Positions 39,000 through 48,802 of a stretch of 64,000 nt of DNA are shown piece after piece. Below the pieces are notes generated by a model. That model ran no database searches. It was given only the letters and a program-made list of their open reading frames with translations, and was not told where the DNA came from. A program made the position numbers and the translations under genes. Every line of letters starts with the position of its first letter. The stretch's first letter is position 1. The stretch is from Deltaproteobacteria bacterium (GTDB lineage Bacteria; Desulfobacterota; GWC2-55-46), in contig JACRNL010000011.1 of the NCBI GenBank assembly GCA_016234935.1, forward strand, positions 129,472-193,471. Direction: 5' to 3'.

Positions 39000-39713
39000 A
39001 TGCATGCCGTTATTTTAGCGGGGGGAAAGGGCACAAGGCTCAGGCCCTATACCATTAATTTTCCTAAGCCCCTTGTTCCCGTCGGAGACTATCCGATACT
39101 TGAGGTTATAATCCGCCAGCTCGCTTCATCCGGTTTTAAACGGGTGACCATTTCCACCGGACACCTGTCTGAACTGATAGAGGCATACTTCGGCAACGGC
39201 AGGCGCTGGGGCGTGGATATCGAATATGTGCGGGAGTATACGCCGCTTAATACGGCCGGTGCGTTAAAGCTGGTGGAGCGCTGCGAAGACGACTTTCTGG
39301 TCATGAACGGCGACGTCCTTACAACGCTTGATTACGGCAAACTCTTGGCCTTGCACGTGGAAAAAGGTGTAAAGGCCACGATAGCATCAAAGTCCCGCGA
39401 ATCCAAAATCGACTTCGGCGTTCTTAAGATAGACGAGAACGGATTTCTCGATGAATATATCGAGAAGCCTGTGTACAACTTTTCGGTCAGCATGGGGGTC
39501 TACGTCCTTTCAAAGGAGGCTACAGGCCTGATAGGCGATGGGGAGGCCATTGGAATGCCTGATTTGCTCCTTCGAATTAAGAAGGCCGGTGAAAAGGTCT
39601 ACTGCCACAGGAGCGACTGCTACTGGCTGGACATCGGCAGGATGGATGATTATGAAAAGGCGCAGGAAGAGTTTGAAGCCAACAAACATATTTTTTTGAA
39701 GGACAATGGATAA
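39000..39713 (+). CDS. Sugar-phosphate nucleotidyltransferase
   Basis: ILAGGKGTRL, PKPL, MNGD, WLDIG. Confidence 0.9.
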   Translation: MHAVILAGGKGTRLRPYTINFPKPLVPVGDYPILEVIIRQLASSGFKRVTISTGHLSELIEAYFGNGRRWGVDIEYVREYTPLNTAGALKLVERCEDDFLVMNGDVLTTLDYGKLLALHVEKGVKATIASKSRESKIDFGVLKIDENGFLDEYIEKPVYNFSVSMGVYVLSKEATGLIGDGEAIGMPDLLLRIKKAGEKVYCHRSDCYWLDIGRMDDYEKAQEEFEANKHIFLKDNG

Positions 39714-40620
39714 CAAAACCGTTCTGATTACCGGTATGCATGGTTTTATCGGGAGACATCTGGCCGCGGCATTGAGGGAGGCTTTTCACGGGGTAAGGGT
39801 CGAAGGCGTGGACAGGGCCGGCAGGCATGAAAGCCCGGACTGCCGCGGCCTCGACCTGCTGGAGCCTGAATGCGCCGTTAGAGTGATAGGCGGGGTCAGG
39901 CCCGATTATATCTTTCATCTGGCGGGCGTTGTTTATTCAAAGGATCTGCGCGAGCTTTACAGGGGCAACGTGGAAACGACCGTAAATATCCTTGACGCGG
40001 TTAAGAAGGCAGGGCTTCCCGCAAGGGTTGTCGTCGCCGGCTCCGCCGCGGAGTACGGAGATGTTTCATCTGAAGATTTGCCCATTTCGGAAAAATTAGT
40101 CCCCAATCCGGCGAGCCCTTACGGCGTGTCAAAGGTCTGGCAGACTACCGTGGCAAGGTATTACGCGCAGACAGGCGTTGACACGGTAGTCGGCAGGCTG
40201 TTTAACGTTATCGGCCAGGGAGCTCCGGAAGGGCTTTCCATAGGGGCCTTTGCCGGCCAGTTGAAAAAAATCAGGCGCGGCGATCTGCCGCCGGAGCTGT
40301 CGGTCGGCAATCTCAAGCCAAGGCGCGACTTCATAGACGTCGTTGATGCCTGCCGCGGCCTTGCCGCCATTGCGGAAAAAGGAAGGTCAGGGGAGATATA
40401 CAATATCTGCTCCGGCTCGTCGGTATCGATGGAGAGCGTCCTCGGCATGATGATAGAGGCATCCGGGCTGGAGGTAAGGGTCGCCATTGACCCCGCGAGA
40501 TTCAAGGGCGCGGACGCCGGGGACGTGCGGGGTTCAAGCGCCAAGATATCGTCCGAGACAGGCTGGCAGCCGTCAGTGCCGCTGCTTAGCAGCATCGCGG
40601 CAATGGTAGGCGGATTTTAG
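39706..40620 (+). CDS. NAD-dependent epimerase/reductase (Rmd-like)
   Basis: TGMHGFIG, GSAAEYG, YGVSK, VGNL..RRDF, YNICSG. Confidence 0.8.
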   Translation: MDNKTVLITGMHGFIGRHLAAALREAFHGVRVEGVDRAGRHESPDCRGLDLLEPECAVRVIGGVRPDYIFHLAGVVYSKDLRELYRGNVETTVNILDAVKKAGLPARVVVAGSAAEYGDVSSEDLPISEKLVPNPASPYGVSKVWQTTVARYYAQTGVDTVVGRLFNVIGQGAPEGLSIGAFAGQLKKIRRGDLPPELSVGNLKPRRDFIDVVDACRGLAAIAEKGRSGEIYNICSGSSVSMESVLGMMIEASGLEVRVAIDPARFKGADAGDVRGSSAKISSETGWQPSVPLLSSIAAMVGGF

Positions 40621-40654
40621 ACCCCGGTGGACAGTAATCAGGAGGAGAGAGCGC

Positions 40655-41458
40655 ATGAAGGCGGTGATTCTATGCGGGGGGCAGGGGACGCGCATAAGGG
40701 ACGTTTCAGATAATATCCCCAAGCCCATGATCCCTCTGGGGGGTTATCCCATACTCTGGCACATCATGAAGTATTATTCGCACTGGGGGCACAGCTCGTT
40801 TGTCCTGTGCCTCGGGGTCAAGGGACAGGTCATCAAGGATTTTTTTCTGAACTACGAGGCGCACACGAGAGACTTCACCGTGTCGCTCGGCCAGTCGAGG
40901 TCCATCGAATATCACAGCGTGCATGACGAGGCGGACTGGCGCGTGACGCTCGCTGATACGGGCCTTGAGGCCATGACAGGGGCGCGCGTAAAGAGGGTGA
41001 AACATTACCTCGCCGGAGAAGAAAATTTTCTGCTGACATACGGCGACGGCGTCGGCGACGTTGACATCGACAGGCTGGTCAAGTTCCACCTGTCTCACGG
41101 CAAGGTAATGACGGTCACAGGCGTGAGGCCTCCGGGAAGGTTCGGCGAGATAATGAGCGGGCCCGGCGGCCTCGTAACGGAGTTCAATGAAAAGCCGCAG
41201 GCTGCCGGCGGCAGGATATCAGGCGGGTTTTTCGTCTGCCGTAAGGAACTGTTTGACTACCTGGATGACAGGGAAGGCCTCGTCTTTGAGCAGGAGCCAA
41301 TACGCGCTCTCGTGCGCGCATCTCAGATGATGGTCTATGAGCACGACGGCTTCTGGCAGCCGATGGACACGTCGCGCGATTACCTGTATCTCAACGGCCT
41401 TTGCGCGGCAGGAAAGGCGCCGTGGACGGTCTGGCGCAACCCGGAGGGTAAGGGATGA
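40655..41458 (+). CDS. rfbF: Glucose-1-phosphate cytidylyltransferase
   Basis: LCGGQGTR, PKPM, WHIMK, DTG..AMTG, TYGDG, GFWQPMDT. Confidence 0.88.
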   Translation: MKAVILCGGQGTRIRDVSDNIPKPMIPLGGYPILWHIMKYYSHWGHSSFVLCLGVKGQVIKDFFLNYEAHTRDFTVSLGQSRSIEYHSVHDEADWRVTLADTGLEAMTGARVKRVKHYLAGEENFLLTYGDGVGDVDIDRLVKFHLSHGKVMTVTGVRPPGRFGEIMSGPGGLVTEFNEKPQAAGGRISGGFFVCRKELFDYLDDREGLVFEQEPIRALVRASQMMVYEHDGFWQPMDTSRDYLYLNGLCAAGKAPWTVWRNPEGKG

Positions 41459-41904
41459 TAGACGGCGTTAAGATAACTCCATTAAAGCAGATACCGGATG
41501 AGCGCGGGCGGATAATGCACATGCTCCGCGCCGACGCGCCGCACTTCGTCCGGTTCGGCGAGATATATTTTTCATCCGTGTATCCAGGGGCTATAAAGGG
41601 ATGGCATCTGCATAAACTCATGACGATAAATTACGCGGTTCCCCACGGCAATATTAAATTCGTTCTTTATGACGGCCGCAAGGACAGTCCCACCAAAGGC
41701 CGGCTGCAGGAGATATTCCTCGGGCCGGACAATTACAACCTCGTCACAGTGCCTCCGCTTATCTGGAACGGGTACAAGGGGATAGGCCTTCAACCGGCCA
41801 TCGTCGCGAACTGCGCGAGCCTCGCGCACGACCCTGAGGAGATGGACAGGCTCGACCCGTTTGACCCGCTTATTCCTTACGACTGGGAGATAAAGCACAG
41901 ATGA
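41455..41904 (+). CDS. RmlC-like cupin NDP-sugar epimerase
   Basis: DERG, FGEIYFS, IKGWHLH, YDGRKDSPT. Confidence 0.82.
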   Translation: MIDGVKITPLKQIPDERGRIMHMLRADAPHFVRFGEIYFSSVYPGAIKGWHLHKLMTINYAVPHGNIKFVLYDGRKDSPTKGRLQEIFLGPDNYNLVTVPPLIWNGYKGIGLQPAIVANCASLAHDPEEMDRLDPFDPLIPYDWEIKHR

Positions 41905-42869
41905 CGCGCGAGGTCCTCATCACCGGGGGCCTCGGCTATGCGGGCGGCCGCATCGCCCGCTTCCTTGCCGGGCGGCCCGATATGACGCTTCGCCTCGGCA
42001 CGCGCCTTCGGCATGAGGCCGCGCCGGAGTGGCTTAAAAACGGCCGCGTCGTCCGGATGGACTTTGAATCGCCGGACTCGCTGGCAGGCGCCTTGGCCGG
42101 GGTGAATTGCGTGATTCATCTTGCGGCCATGAACGAGTTGGACAGCGCCGCAAACCCCGAAGGCGCGCTGATTGTAAACGGCCTGTATTCCCTAAAACTC
42201 CTGAACGCGGCAATGCGCGCGGGCGCTGAGAGGTTTATTTATTTTTCAACGGGGCATGTCTACGGCAGCCCGCTTGAAGGCAGGATAACCGAAGACAGCG
42301 TTACGCGGCCCGTTCACCCCTACGCCATAACGCACAGGGTAAGCGAGGATTTTGTCCTTGCGGCCCATGACCGGAAAAAGCTCGTCGGCGTGGTTTTAAG
42401 GCTCACAAACGGCTTCGGCGCGCCGGAAAGGGCCGACGTCAACCGATGGACGCTGCTGGTCAATGACCTGTGCAGGCAGGCCGTGACAACCGGCGCTCTT
42501 GTTCTTCGCTCCTCCGGCATCCAATACCGGGACTTCATCACGCTTGAAGACGTCGCAAGGGCCGCCGGTCATTTCGCGGCCCTTCCAGCCGAGGCCTGCG
42601 GCAAAGGCCTTTTCAACCTCGGCGGCCAGCGCTCCATGACCATCCTTGAGATGACTGAGCGCATTAGCGCAAGGTGCCAGGCTGTCCTCGGTTTTAGGCC
42701 GCGCATCGTCCGGCCCGAAGCCGCCGCCCTTGAGGACGGCGCGGCAAGGCCGCTTGATTTTTGCATAGACAGGCTGAAGGCGACCGGCTTTACCCTTACC
42801 GGCGATATAGACGCGGAGATAGACGCGACCCTTTGCCTTTGCAAAAAAGCATTCGGGCAGGGCGCGTGA
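41901..42869 (+). CDS. Atypical NAD-dependent epimerase/reductase (YxxxH)
   Basis: TGGLGYAG, STGHVYG, PYAITH, RDFI. Confidence 0.8.
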   Translation: MTREVLITGGLGYAGGRIARFLAGRPDMTLRLGTRLRHEAAPEWLKNGRVVRMDFESPDSLAGALAGVNCVIHLAAMNELDSAANPEGALIVNGLYSLKLLNAAMRAGAERFIYFSTGHVYGSPLEGRITEDSVTRPVHPYAITHRVSEDFVLAAHDRKKLVGVVLRLTNGFGAPERADVNRWTLLVNDLCRQAVTTGALVLRSSGIQYRDFITLEDVARAAGHFAALPAEACGKGLFNLGGQRSMTILEMTERISARCQAVLGFRPRIVRPEAAALEDGAARPLDFCIDRLKATGFTLTGDIDAEIDATLCLCKKAFGQGA

Positions 42870-43819
42870 TGAAGGCCGTGAACTCAGGCGGCCCGCCGCC
42901 GTTCGTTACGGTAATCGTCACGACCTACAACCGCGCGAAACTCCTTTCAGAGACCATCTCTTCAATACTCAATCAGAGTTTTGCGGATTTTGAGCTTATA
43001 ATTGTTGACAATATGTCCGAAGACGCCACCCAAGGGTATGTCACGGGCCTTAACGACCGGCGTATAAGGTTTTTTAAGAACCCGAATAACGGGATCATCG
43101 CGGTCAACCGGAACTTCGGCATAAAAAGGGCGAGGGGCAAATACATCGCCTTTTGCGACGACGACGACCTGTGGTTCCCGGATAAGCTCAAGACACAGGT
43201 TGAGTTCATGGAGTCGAATCCGGACGTGGGGCTGACCTTCAGCAACGCCGAGACATTTGGAGACGGCGCCACAGGCAGGGCCATTTACGCCAAAGGCGAG
43301 AGCGAATCGGTGAAGGATTTTAATTCGCTTTTGAGGGGAAATAAAATTGCCGCCTTCACCGTTATGGCCGCAAAGAACTGTCTTGACGATGTTGGTCTTT
43401 TTGACGAGAGCCCGGAGCTTAAATCCATCGAGGATTACGACCTGTGGCTGAGGGTTGCCCGTAAATACGCCCTTGCCTGCATGCCGCAAATGCTCGGCAG
43501 ATACCGCGTGCATTCTGCAAGGACGAGCGGAGACGATGTCTTTGAGAAAAAGAAGCTTCTGCGGCTGGTGGAAAAATTCAAAAAGAGCGGTCTTGCCGGC
43601 AGGTGCGAGGCTCGCATGATGGAGTCGCACGTTCATTGGATGATAGGCAATTCAGTTCTGTTGAGTGGGGCAAACGGGGACGCAGCCTTCCGGGCACACT
43701 ACCGCCGCGCATTGTCGCTTTCGCTTAACGTAAGGACATTGCTAAGTTTTATGCTTACACTCGCGCCTACCGGAGTTGCGGCCGGCATATTCAGGTTTAT
43801 TGGAAGAGCCAGGGTCTAA
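42869..43819 (+). CDS. Glycosyltransferase family 2
   Basis: TTYNR, IIVDN, FCDDDD, EDYDLWLR. Confidence 0.92.
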   Translation: MKAVNSGGPPPFVTVIVTTYNRAKLLSETISSILNQSFADFELIIVDNMSEDATQGYVTGLNDRRIRFFKNPNNGIIAVNRNFGIKRARGKYIAFCDDDDLWFPDKLKTQVEFMESNPDVGLTFSNAETFGDGATGRAIYAKGESESVKDFNSLLRGNKIAAFTVMAAKNCLDDVGLFDESPELKSIEDYDLWLRVARKYALACMPQMLGRYRVHSARTSGDDVFEKKKLLRLVEKFKKSGLAGRCEARMMESHVHWMIGNSVLLSGANGDAAFRAHYRRALSLSLNVRTLLSFMLTLAPTGVAAGIFRFIGRARV

Positions 43820-43868
43820 CGCGGGCAACGCAATGGTTAAGGCTCGAAGGGCGTCATGCCCTCGAAGG

Positions 43869-44093
43869 CTAAAACCGTGAAGCTGTTTTTTTCAGAGCCG
43901 GCCTTGCCGCCGCTGTTGGCTTATCCATCTTCGCCGCCGCTTTCGGCTTATCTATCTTACCGGACGTTTGTCCGTATCTTGCCGCCACGATCTTTTCGGC
44001 GTTAAGCCAGTTCTCAAGTTCGTTGCCTGGCACACAGCCGTTTTGTTCGTAAAGCTCATACGCGACCTTCGCTATTTCATCCTGCACGTCCAT
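43869..44093 (-). CDS. DUF2934-like small protein with K/A-rich tail
   Basis: IAKVAYELYEQ.G...ENWLNAE motif; GGGAGG RBS; 27-bp tandem duplication at 43905-43958 (KIDKPKAAA / KMDKPTAAA). Confidence 0.8.
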   Translation of the reverse strand: MDVQDEIAKVAYELYEQNGCVPGNELENWLNAEKIVAARYGQTSGKIDKPKAAAKMDKPTAAARPALKKTASRF

Positions 44094-44157
44094 AATTGCC
44101 TCCCGTAAAAATTTGATACGATAAAGTATAGCAGAGATTTCGGATTTGTTTAGGGGC

Positions 44158-44293
44158 CCGCTTACCTTTTTTGAAAAAAAAGGCGCTGTGCACGGCTAAA
44201 GGTGCTGGCGCACGGCTAAAGCGTGAATGTAATCCTTTAGCTTTGCTCACCGCAGGTGCTTTGCCCCGCCGCAGGCGGCCAAAAAACTTTAAT
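44158..44293 (-). repeat. Composite palindromic dispersed repeat (family A), copy 2
   Basis: The reverse complement shares both ends and the internal modules with 6031-6180. Confidence 0.85.
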
Positions 44294-44333
44294 TATAGCG
44301 CGTTTGCGGGAGTTTCCTCCTGACGGCGACGGC

Positions 44334-45572
44334 CTATTCGTATCTGAGGGCATCGATGGGGTCAAGGAGCGACGCCTTATAGGCCGGATAAAAGCCGAAG
44401 AATATGCCGACTATGCCGGAGAAGCAAAAGGCAAGGATGAGCGAAAGCGCGGAGACAAGCGTGGGCCAGCCGGCGATGGCGGACAGCGCCGTTGATCCTC
44501 CGACGCCGATGAGTATGCCGAGGATGCCGCCTATGAGCGAGAGCGTCAGCGCTTCTATCAGGAACTGCGTACGGATGTCCCATGACCTGGCGCCCACGGC
44601 CATGCGTATGCCTATTTCTCTGGTCCTCTCGGTGACGGACACGAGCATGATGTTCATTATGCCTATGCCGCCCACAAGCAGGGAGACCGACGCGATGGCC
44701 CCGAGCAGAAGAGTCATGACATTGGCGGCCTGTTCCGCCGTCTGCATCATCTGAGTCAGGTTTCTGACGGTGAAGTCGTTGTCCTGTTTCGGGCCTATGT
44801 GGTGGCGCTGCCGGAGTATATCGTTGGTCTGCTTCTCGGCAGCGGGGAGGTCGTCGCCGCTTTTGGCCTTGACCATTATTATCCTGACCATGCCGGGGAA
44901 GGTCGTGCCGAAAAGCTTTTTCTGCGCGGTAGTCACCGGTACCAGGATGGTGTCGTCCTGGTCCTGCCCTATGGCGCTCTGCCCCTTTGGCGCAAGCGTT
45001 CCGATGATGGTGAAGGGGACGTTCTTTATCCTTATTATCTGGCCGACCGGGTCGGCGCCTTCAAAGAGGTTGTCAACTATGGTCTTTCCGACAAGGCAGA
45101 CCTTCGTTGAGGTCTTTACATCCTGATCGGTAAAGGGCCTGCCGGATTCAAGGGGCCAGTCGCGCACCACGAGGATGCCGGGCGTAGTGCCAAGCACGTT
45201 CGTCGACCAGTTCCGGTGTCCCCAGACGACCTGCGCGATGCCTGAAAGTATAGGCGCGACCTCCTCGACCGCGCCGGCTTCCTTGAGTATCGCGTCGGCG
45301 TCGCTCATGGAAAGCGTGGGCAGAGTGCCCGCGCCCATCCTTGCCCCGCCTGAGGTAGCCCCGCCGGGCAAAACGATAATGAGGTTGGAGCCCATGCCGG
45401 CTATCTGCTCGGAAATCTGCCTGCGCGCCCCGGCGCCGACCGACAGCATGGCGATGACCGCGGCAACGCCTATGATGATGCCGAGCATCGTAAGGGCCGA
45501 GCGCATCTTGTTGACGCTGAGCGCCCTTGCGGATACCTTTATGGCGGATGGAAGGTTTATCATCGTGAGCAA
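44334..45572 (-). CDS. MacB-family ABC permease
   Basis: RSALTMLGIIIGV, GGIGIMNIMLVSVTERTREIGIR, DPIDALRYE. Confidence 0.94.
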   Translation of the reverse strand: MLTMINLPSAIKVSARALSVNKMRSALTMLGIIIGVAAVIAMLSVGAGARRQISEQIAGMGSNLIIVLPGGATSGGARMGAGTLPTLSMSDADAILKEAGAVEEVAPILSGIAQVVWGHRNWSTNVLGTTPGILVVRDWPLESGRPFTDQDVKTSTKVCLVGKTIVDNLFEGADPVGQIIRIKNVPFTIIGTLAPKGQSAIGQDQDDTILVPVTTAQKKLFGTTFPGMVRIIMVKAKSGDDLPAAEKQTNDILRQRHHIGPKQDNDFTVRNLTQMMQTAEQAANVMTLLLGAIASVSLLVGGIGIMNIMLVSVTERTREIGIRMAVGARSWDIRTQFLIEALTLSLIGGILGILIGVGGSTALSAIAGWPTLVSALSLILAFCFSGIVGIFFGFYPAYKASLLDPIDALRYE

Positions 45573-45590
45573 TATAACTGAGGCCGTTTT

Positions 45591-46286
45591 TTACGCATTG
45601 TTCCCGCCCGGCCCGTCGTTAACTATCTGCCCGTCCAGGAACCGTATCACCCTTTTGCTGTATGCCGCGATGTCTGACTCGTGCGTGACAAGGATGATGG
45701 TTATCTCCCTTTGCGTATTGAGCCTGACGAACAGGTCCATTATCTCCCTGCTCGTCTTCGAGTCAAGGTTCCCAGTTGGTTCGTCCGCGAGGATTATAGG
45801 CGCATCGTTTATGAGCGCCCGCGCTATGGCCACCCGTTGCTGCTGTCCGCCGGAGAGCTGGTTCGGGTGGTGGTGCAGCCTGTTTTCAAGGCCGACCGTT
45901 TTTAGCGACTGCCTTGCCCGTTCGTGCCTTTGGCCGGCGGGAACGCCGGAGTATACGAGTGGAAGCTCGACGTTTTCAAGCGCGCTCGTCCTTGAAAGAA
46001 GGTTGAAGCCTTGGAAGACAAAGCCTAATTTCTGATTCCTTATGAGCGCGAGCTCGTCCCTGTCAAGGCCGCTGACGTCAACACCCTCAAGGATGTATTT
46101 GCCGGATGTAGGCCGGTCAAGGCAGCCCAGCATGTTCATGAATGTGGATTTGCCGGAGCCGGACGGCCCCATGATGGCGACGAACTCGCCGCGGCCTATC
46201 TCAAGGGATATCTTATCAAGGGCATTGAGCGGGGCCCCGCCGAGGGAGTAAACCTTCGACACTTCCTTTATTTCTATGAGCGGCAT
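45591..46286 (-). CDS. MacB/LolD-type ABC ATP-binding protein
   Basis: [31 protein letters not shown]. Confidence 0.94.
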   Translation of the reverse strand: MPLIEIKEVSKVYSLGGAPLNALDKISLEIGRGEFVAIMGPSGSGKSTFMNMLGCLDRPTSGKYILEGVDVSGLDRDELALIRNQKLGFVFQGFNLLSRTSALENVELPLVYSGVPAGQRHERARQSLKTVGLENRLHHHPNQLSGGQQQRVAIARALINDAPIILADEPTGNLDSKTSREIMDLFVRLNTQREITIILVTHESDIAAYSKRVIRFLDGQIVNDGPGGNNA

Positions 46287-46298
46287 CTCAGAACATCC

Positions 46299-47453
46299 TC
46301 AGAACATCCTCGGCGCGCGCGCCGAGGCAGGCTTAGACTGCTTCATAAGGGACTCGGCTATCAGCTCCTGCCCTTCATTGACGCCGGAGATTATTTCCGT
46401 GTATATGCCGTTGCTGACGCCCGTTGTCACGGCCACCCGTTTTGGCCTCTTGTTTTCAAGTATCCAGACTGCCGGGCCGCCGCGTTCCGCTTTGGCCTCT
46501 TTTTCCGCGGGTTTGAACCTGAAGACGGCATTGGGAGCCATAATCACGCCGCGCTTGCGCGCGGTTATTATCGAGACATTAGCGGTCATGCCCGGCTTGA
46601 GCTTCATCTCAGGGTTGGCGACGTTCACGACCACGTCATAGGTGACGACGTTCTGTATGACGATGGGGGCGTTCCTTACCTGCACGACGGCGCCCTTGAA
46701 GGAAGCCTCCGGGTAAGCGTCAACCGTGAACTCCGCCTCCTGCCGTTGCCGTATCCTGCCGATGTCGGCTTCGTTCACGTTCGTGTCTATCTGCATCCGG
46801 GTGAGGTCCTCGGCGATGGTAAAGAGCGTGGGCGTCTGGAAGGATGCGGCTACAGTCTGTCCCACGTCCACGTTCCTTGAGATGACGACGCCGTTAACCG
46901 GAGAGAGTATCCGCGTGTATGTGAGGTTCGTTTCGGCGAGCCTCGCCGCGGCGCCTGCCTGGGCAACGGCCGCTTTTGCGGCGTTAAGGGAGGCCGCCCC
47001 GGTGTCATGGCTGGTTTGGGCCGCGTCTAATTCGCTTCTGGCTATGAGTTTTTTTGAAAACAGCTCCAGGCTCCGGTCCAGCGTCCTTTTCGCGTCCGTC
47101 AGGGACGCTTGGGCCTTTTCAACGTTTGCCGCCGCGGACATGGCGTTGGCCCTTGCCTGCTCGGCCTGCGCCTCGAACGCGGCCGGATCTATACGGGCTA
47201 TGAGCTGGCCTTTTTTTACCTTTGAATTGAAGTCCGCGTATATGTCCCTTATCGTCCCGGACACCTGCGTGCCCACCAGGATGGTGACCGTAGGGTTCAG
47301 CGTGCCGGTGGCCGTAACCGCTTCGTCGAGGTTGCCCTTTACCGCCTTCTCGGTGCGGTATCCGGGGCTATCGCCGCCGTTTCTGAAATAGAAAAGATAT
47401 GCGCCGGTTACGGCGATTATGACGGCCGCCGCTATGATGACCTTTTTCTTCAT
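46299..47453 (-). CDS. MacA-type periplasmic adaptor (membrane fusion protein)
   Basis: N-terminal TM, VGTQVSGTI, GQTVAASFQTPTLF, LKPGMTA. Confidence 0.92.
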   Translation of the reverse strand: MKKKVIIAAAVIIAVTGAYLFYFRNGGDSPGYRTEKAVKGNLDEAVTATGTLNPTVTILVGTQVSGTIRDIYADFNSKVKKGQLIARIDPAAFEAQAEQARANAMSAAANVEKAQASLTDAKRTLDRSLELFSKKLIARSELDAAQTSHDTGAASLNAAKAAVAQAGAAARLAETNLTYTRILSPVNGVVISRNVDVGQTVAASFQTPTLFTIAEDLTRMQIDTNVNEADIGRIRQRQEAEFTVDAYPEASFKGAVVQVRNAPIVIQNVVTYDVVVNVANPEMKLKPGMTANVSIITARKRGVIMAPNAVFRFKPAEKEAKAERGGPAVWILENKRPKRVAVTTGVSNGIYTEIISGVNEGQELIAESLMKQSKPASARAPRMF

Positions 47454-48754
47454 TTCGCTCCCATTGCCTTTTCAACGCCGGCCTCGGCTATCTTATAGTC
47501 GTAAAGCGCCTGGTTGCAGGCGTTTTTCGCGTTGACAGCCAATATCTCGGCGTCTGTTATCTCCAGAGGGCTGCCGATGCCGTTTGCGTACCTCTGGTTT
47601 GCAAGCTCAAGGTTTTCATCGGCCTGCCTGACGACAAGCTCTGCCGCCGGTATCCGCTCCGCGGCCTCGGTCAGGTTCAGGTATGCCTGCTGGACGTCAA
47701 GGAATATGGATTGTTTGATGGAATCCTCGTTAGCCCTGGCGGCATTAAGGCTCGCCCTGGACTCCTCTACCTGGTACTTCGTGAGAAAACCGCTGAAAAT
47801 AGGTATCGTCACGGTTGCCCCGACGTTCCAGCTCTTGTCAAGCGGGAAGGCCCGGCCGTTCCAGTTATAGGCCGCGTCTCCGGATAATTGAGGATAGTAT
47901 CCTTTTTTGGCGAGGTCAATGCCCCTTTCGGCGGAGCGCATCTTCGCGGAAACGGACTTCAGGTCAGGCCTGTTTTTGTATGCCCTCTCAAGCGCATCCG
48001 CGAAGGCGATATCATACTTCACGAATGAAAGGTTGTCTTCAATGGCGTATTCAGGGGCATGGATCAGCCCCATAGCGCCGCTTAGCTGCGCGAAGGCTAT
48101 CTTGAGCGCGTTTGCCGCCTTTATCCTGCCGAGCTCCGCGTTGCTCTTGTCCACAGCCGCCTTTGTCACGTCTATCCTTGACCTGGTGCCTGCCTCGTAA
48201 AAACCCTTTGCCTGTACCAGGTGGTCTTCAAGCTGCTTAACCGTGGATACGGCAAGGTCAAGGCTCCGCTTTGCCTGCAGAGTCTTGTAGTAGGCCTGTT
48301 TTACGTTAAAGACCGTCTGCGATTCGGTGTTTTCGAGGTCCTTTTTGGATGATTCGAGATTAAGCCGCTGGATGTCCACTTGCGCGGAGGTCTTTCCGAA
48401 GTCGAAGATGTTCTGCTTAAGGCTGGCGCTCGCGCTGTATGCGTCAATGGAACCGGGGGAATCGGGGGAGGCGCCACTGGCGCTGCCTGTGGTGATTGGA
48501 GCTGATTTTCTGGCGTAGCCGGAGGAAAGGCTTACTTGAGGAAAGTAGTTGGACTTGGCCTCGTCCACCTTGCTGCCGGACACCCCCACTGCGGCGCGCG
48601 AGGCGCCCAGGCCGGGGTTTTGCTTCAAGGCTATTTCAAGGCATCTTTGCAGACTCAGCGTCTTGTCTTTTTTTATGAAATCCGCGCAAAAGGCGGCTCC
48701 GGCGCCGAGGCAGATGAACGTTATGACAGCGGTTGCAATGAGGCCGCGCTTCAA
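47450..48754 (-). CDS. TolC-family outer membrane efflux protein
   Basis: Signal peptide, two OEP repeats (YFPQVSL, YYPQLS; IFDFG, IFSGF); heads the mac-like operon. Confidence 0.9.
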   Translation of the reverse strand: MKRGLIATAVITFICLGAGAAFCADFIKKDKTLSLQRCLEIALKQNPGLGASRAAVGVSGSKVDEAKSNYFPQVSLSSGYARKSAPITTGSASGASPDSPGSIDAYSASASLKQNIFDFGKTSAQVDIQRLNLESSKKDLENTESQTVFNVKQAYYKTLQAKRSLDLAVSTVKQLEDHLVQAKGFYEAGTRSRIDVTKAAVDKSNAELGRIKAANALKIAFAQLSGAMGLIHAPEYAIEDNLSFVKYDIAFADALERAYKNRPDLKSVSAKMRSAERGIDLAKKGYYPQLSGDAAYNWNGRAFPLDKSWNVGATVTIPIFSGFLTKYQVEESRASLNAARANEDSIKQSIFLDVQQAYLNLTEAAERIPAAELVVRQADENLELANQRYANGIGSPLEITDAEILAVNAKNACNQALYDYKIAEAGVEKAMGAK

Positions 48755-48782
48755 TTAAATCCCTCCCGCAGGCGTCCCGTAA

Positions 48783-48802
48783 AAGTAAGTGTTTACTTAC
48801 TT
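48783..48802. promoter_or_regulatory. Putative repressor operator (perfect inverted repeat)
   Basis: AAGTAAGT-gttt-ACTTACTT immediately downstream of the tolC -10 box. Confidence 0.6.
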
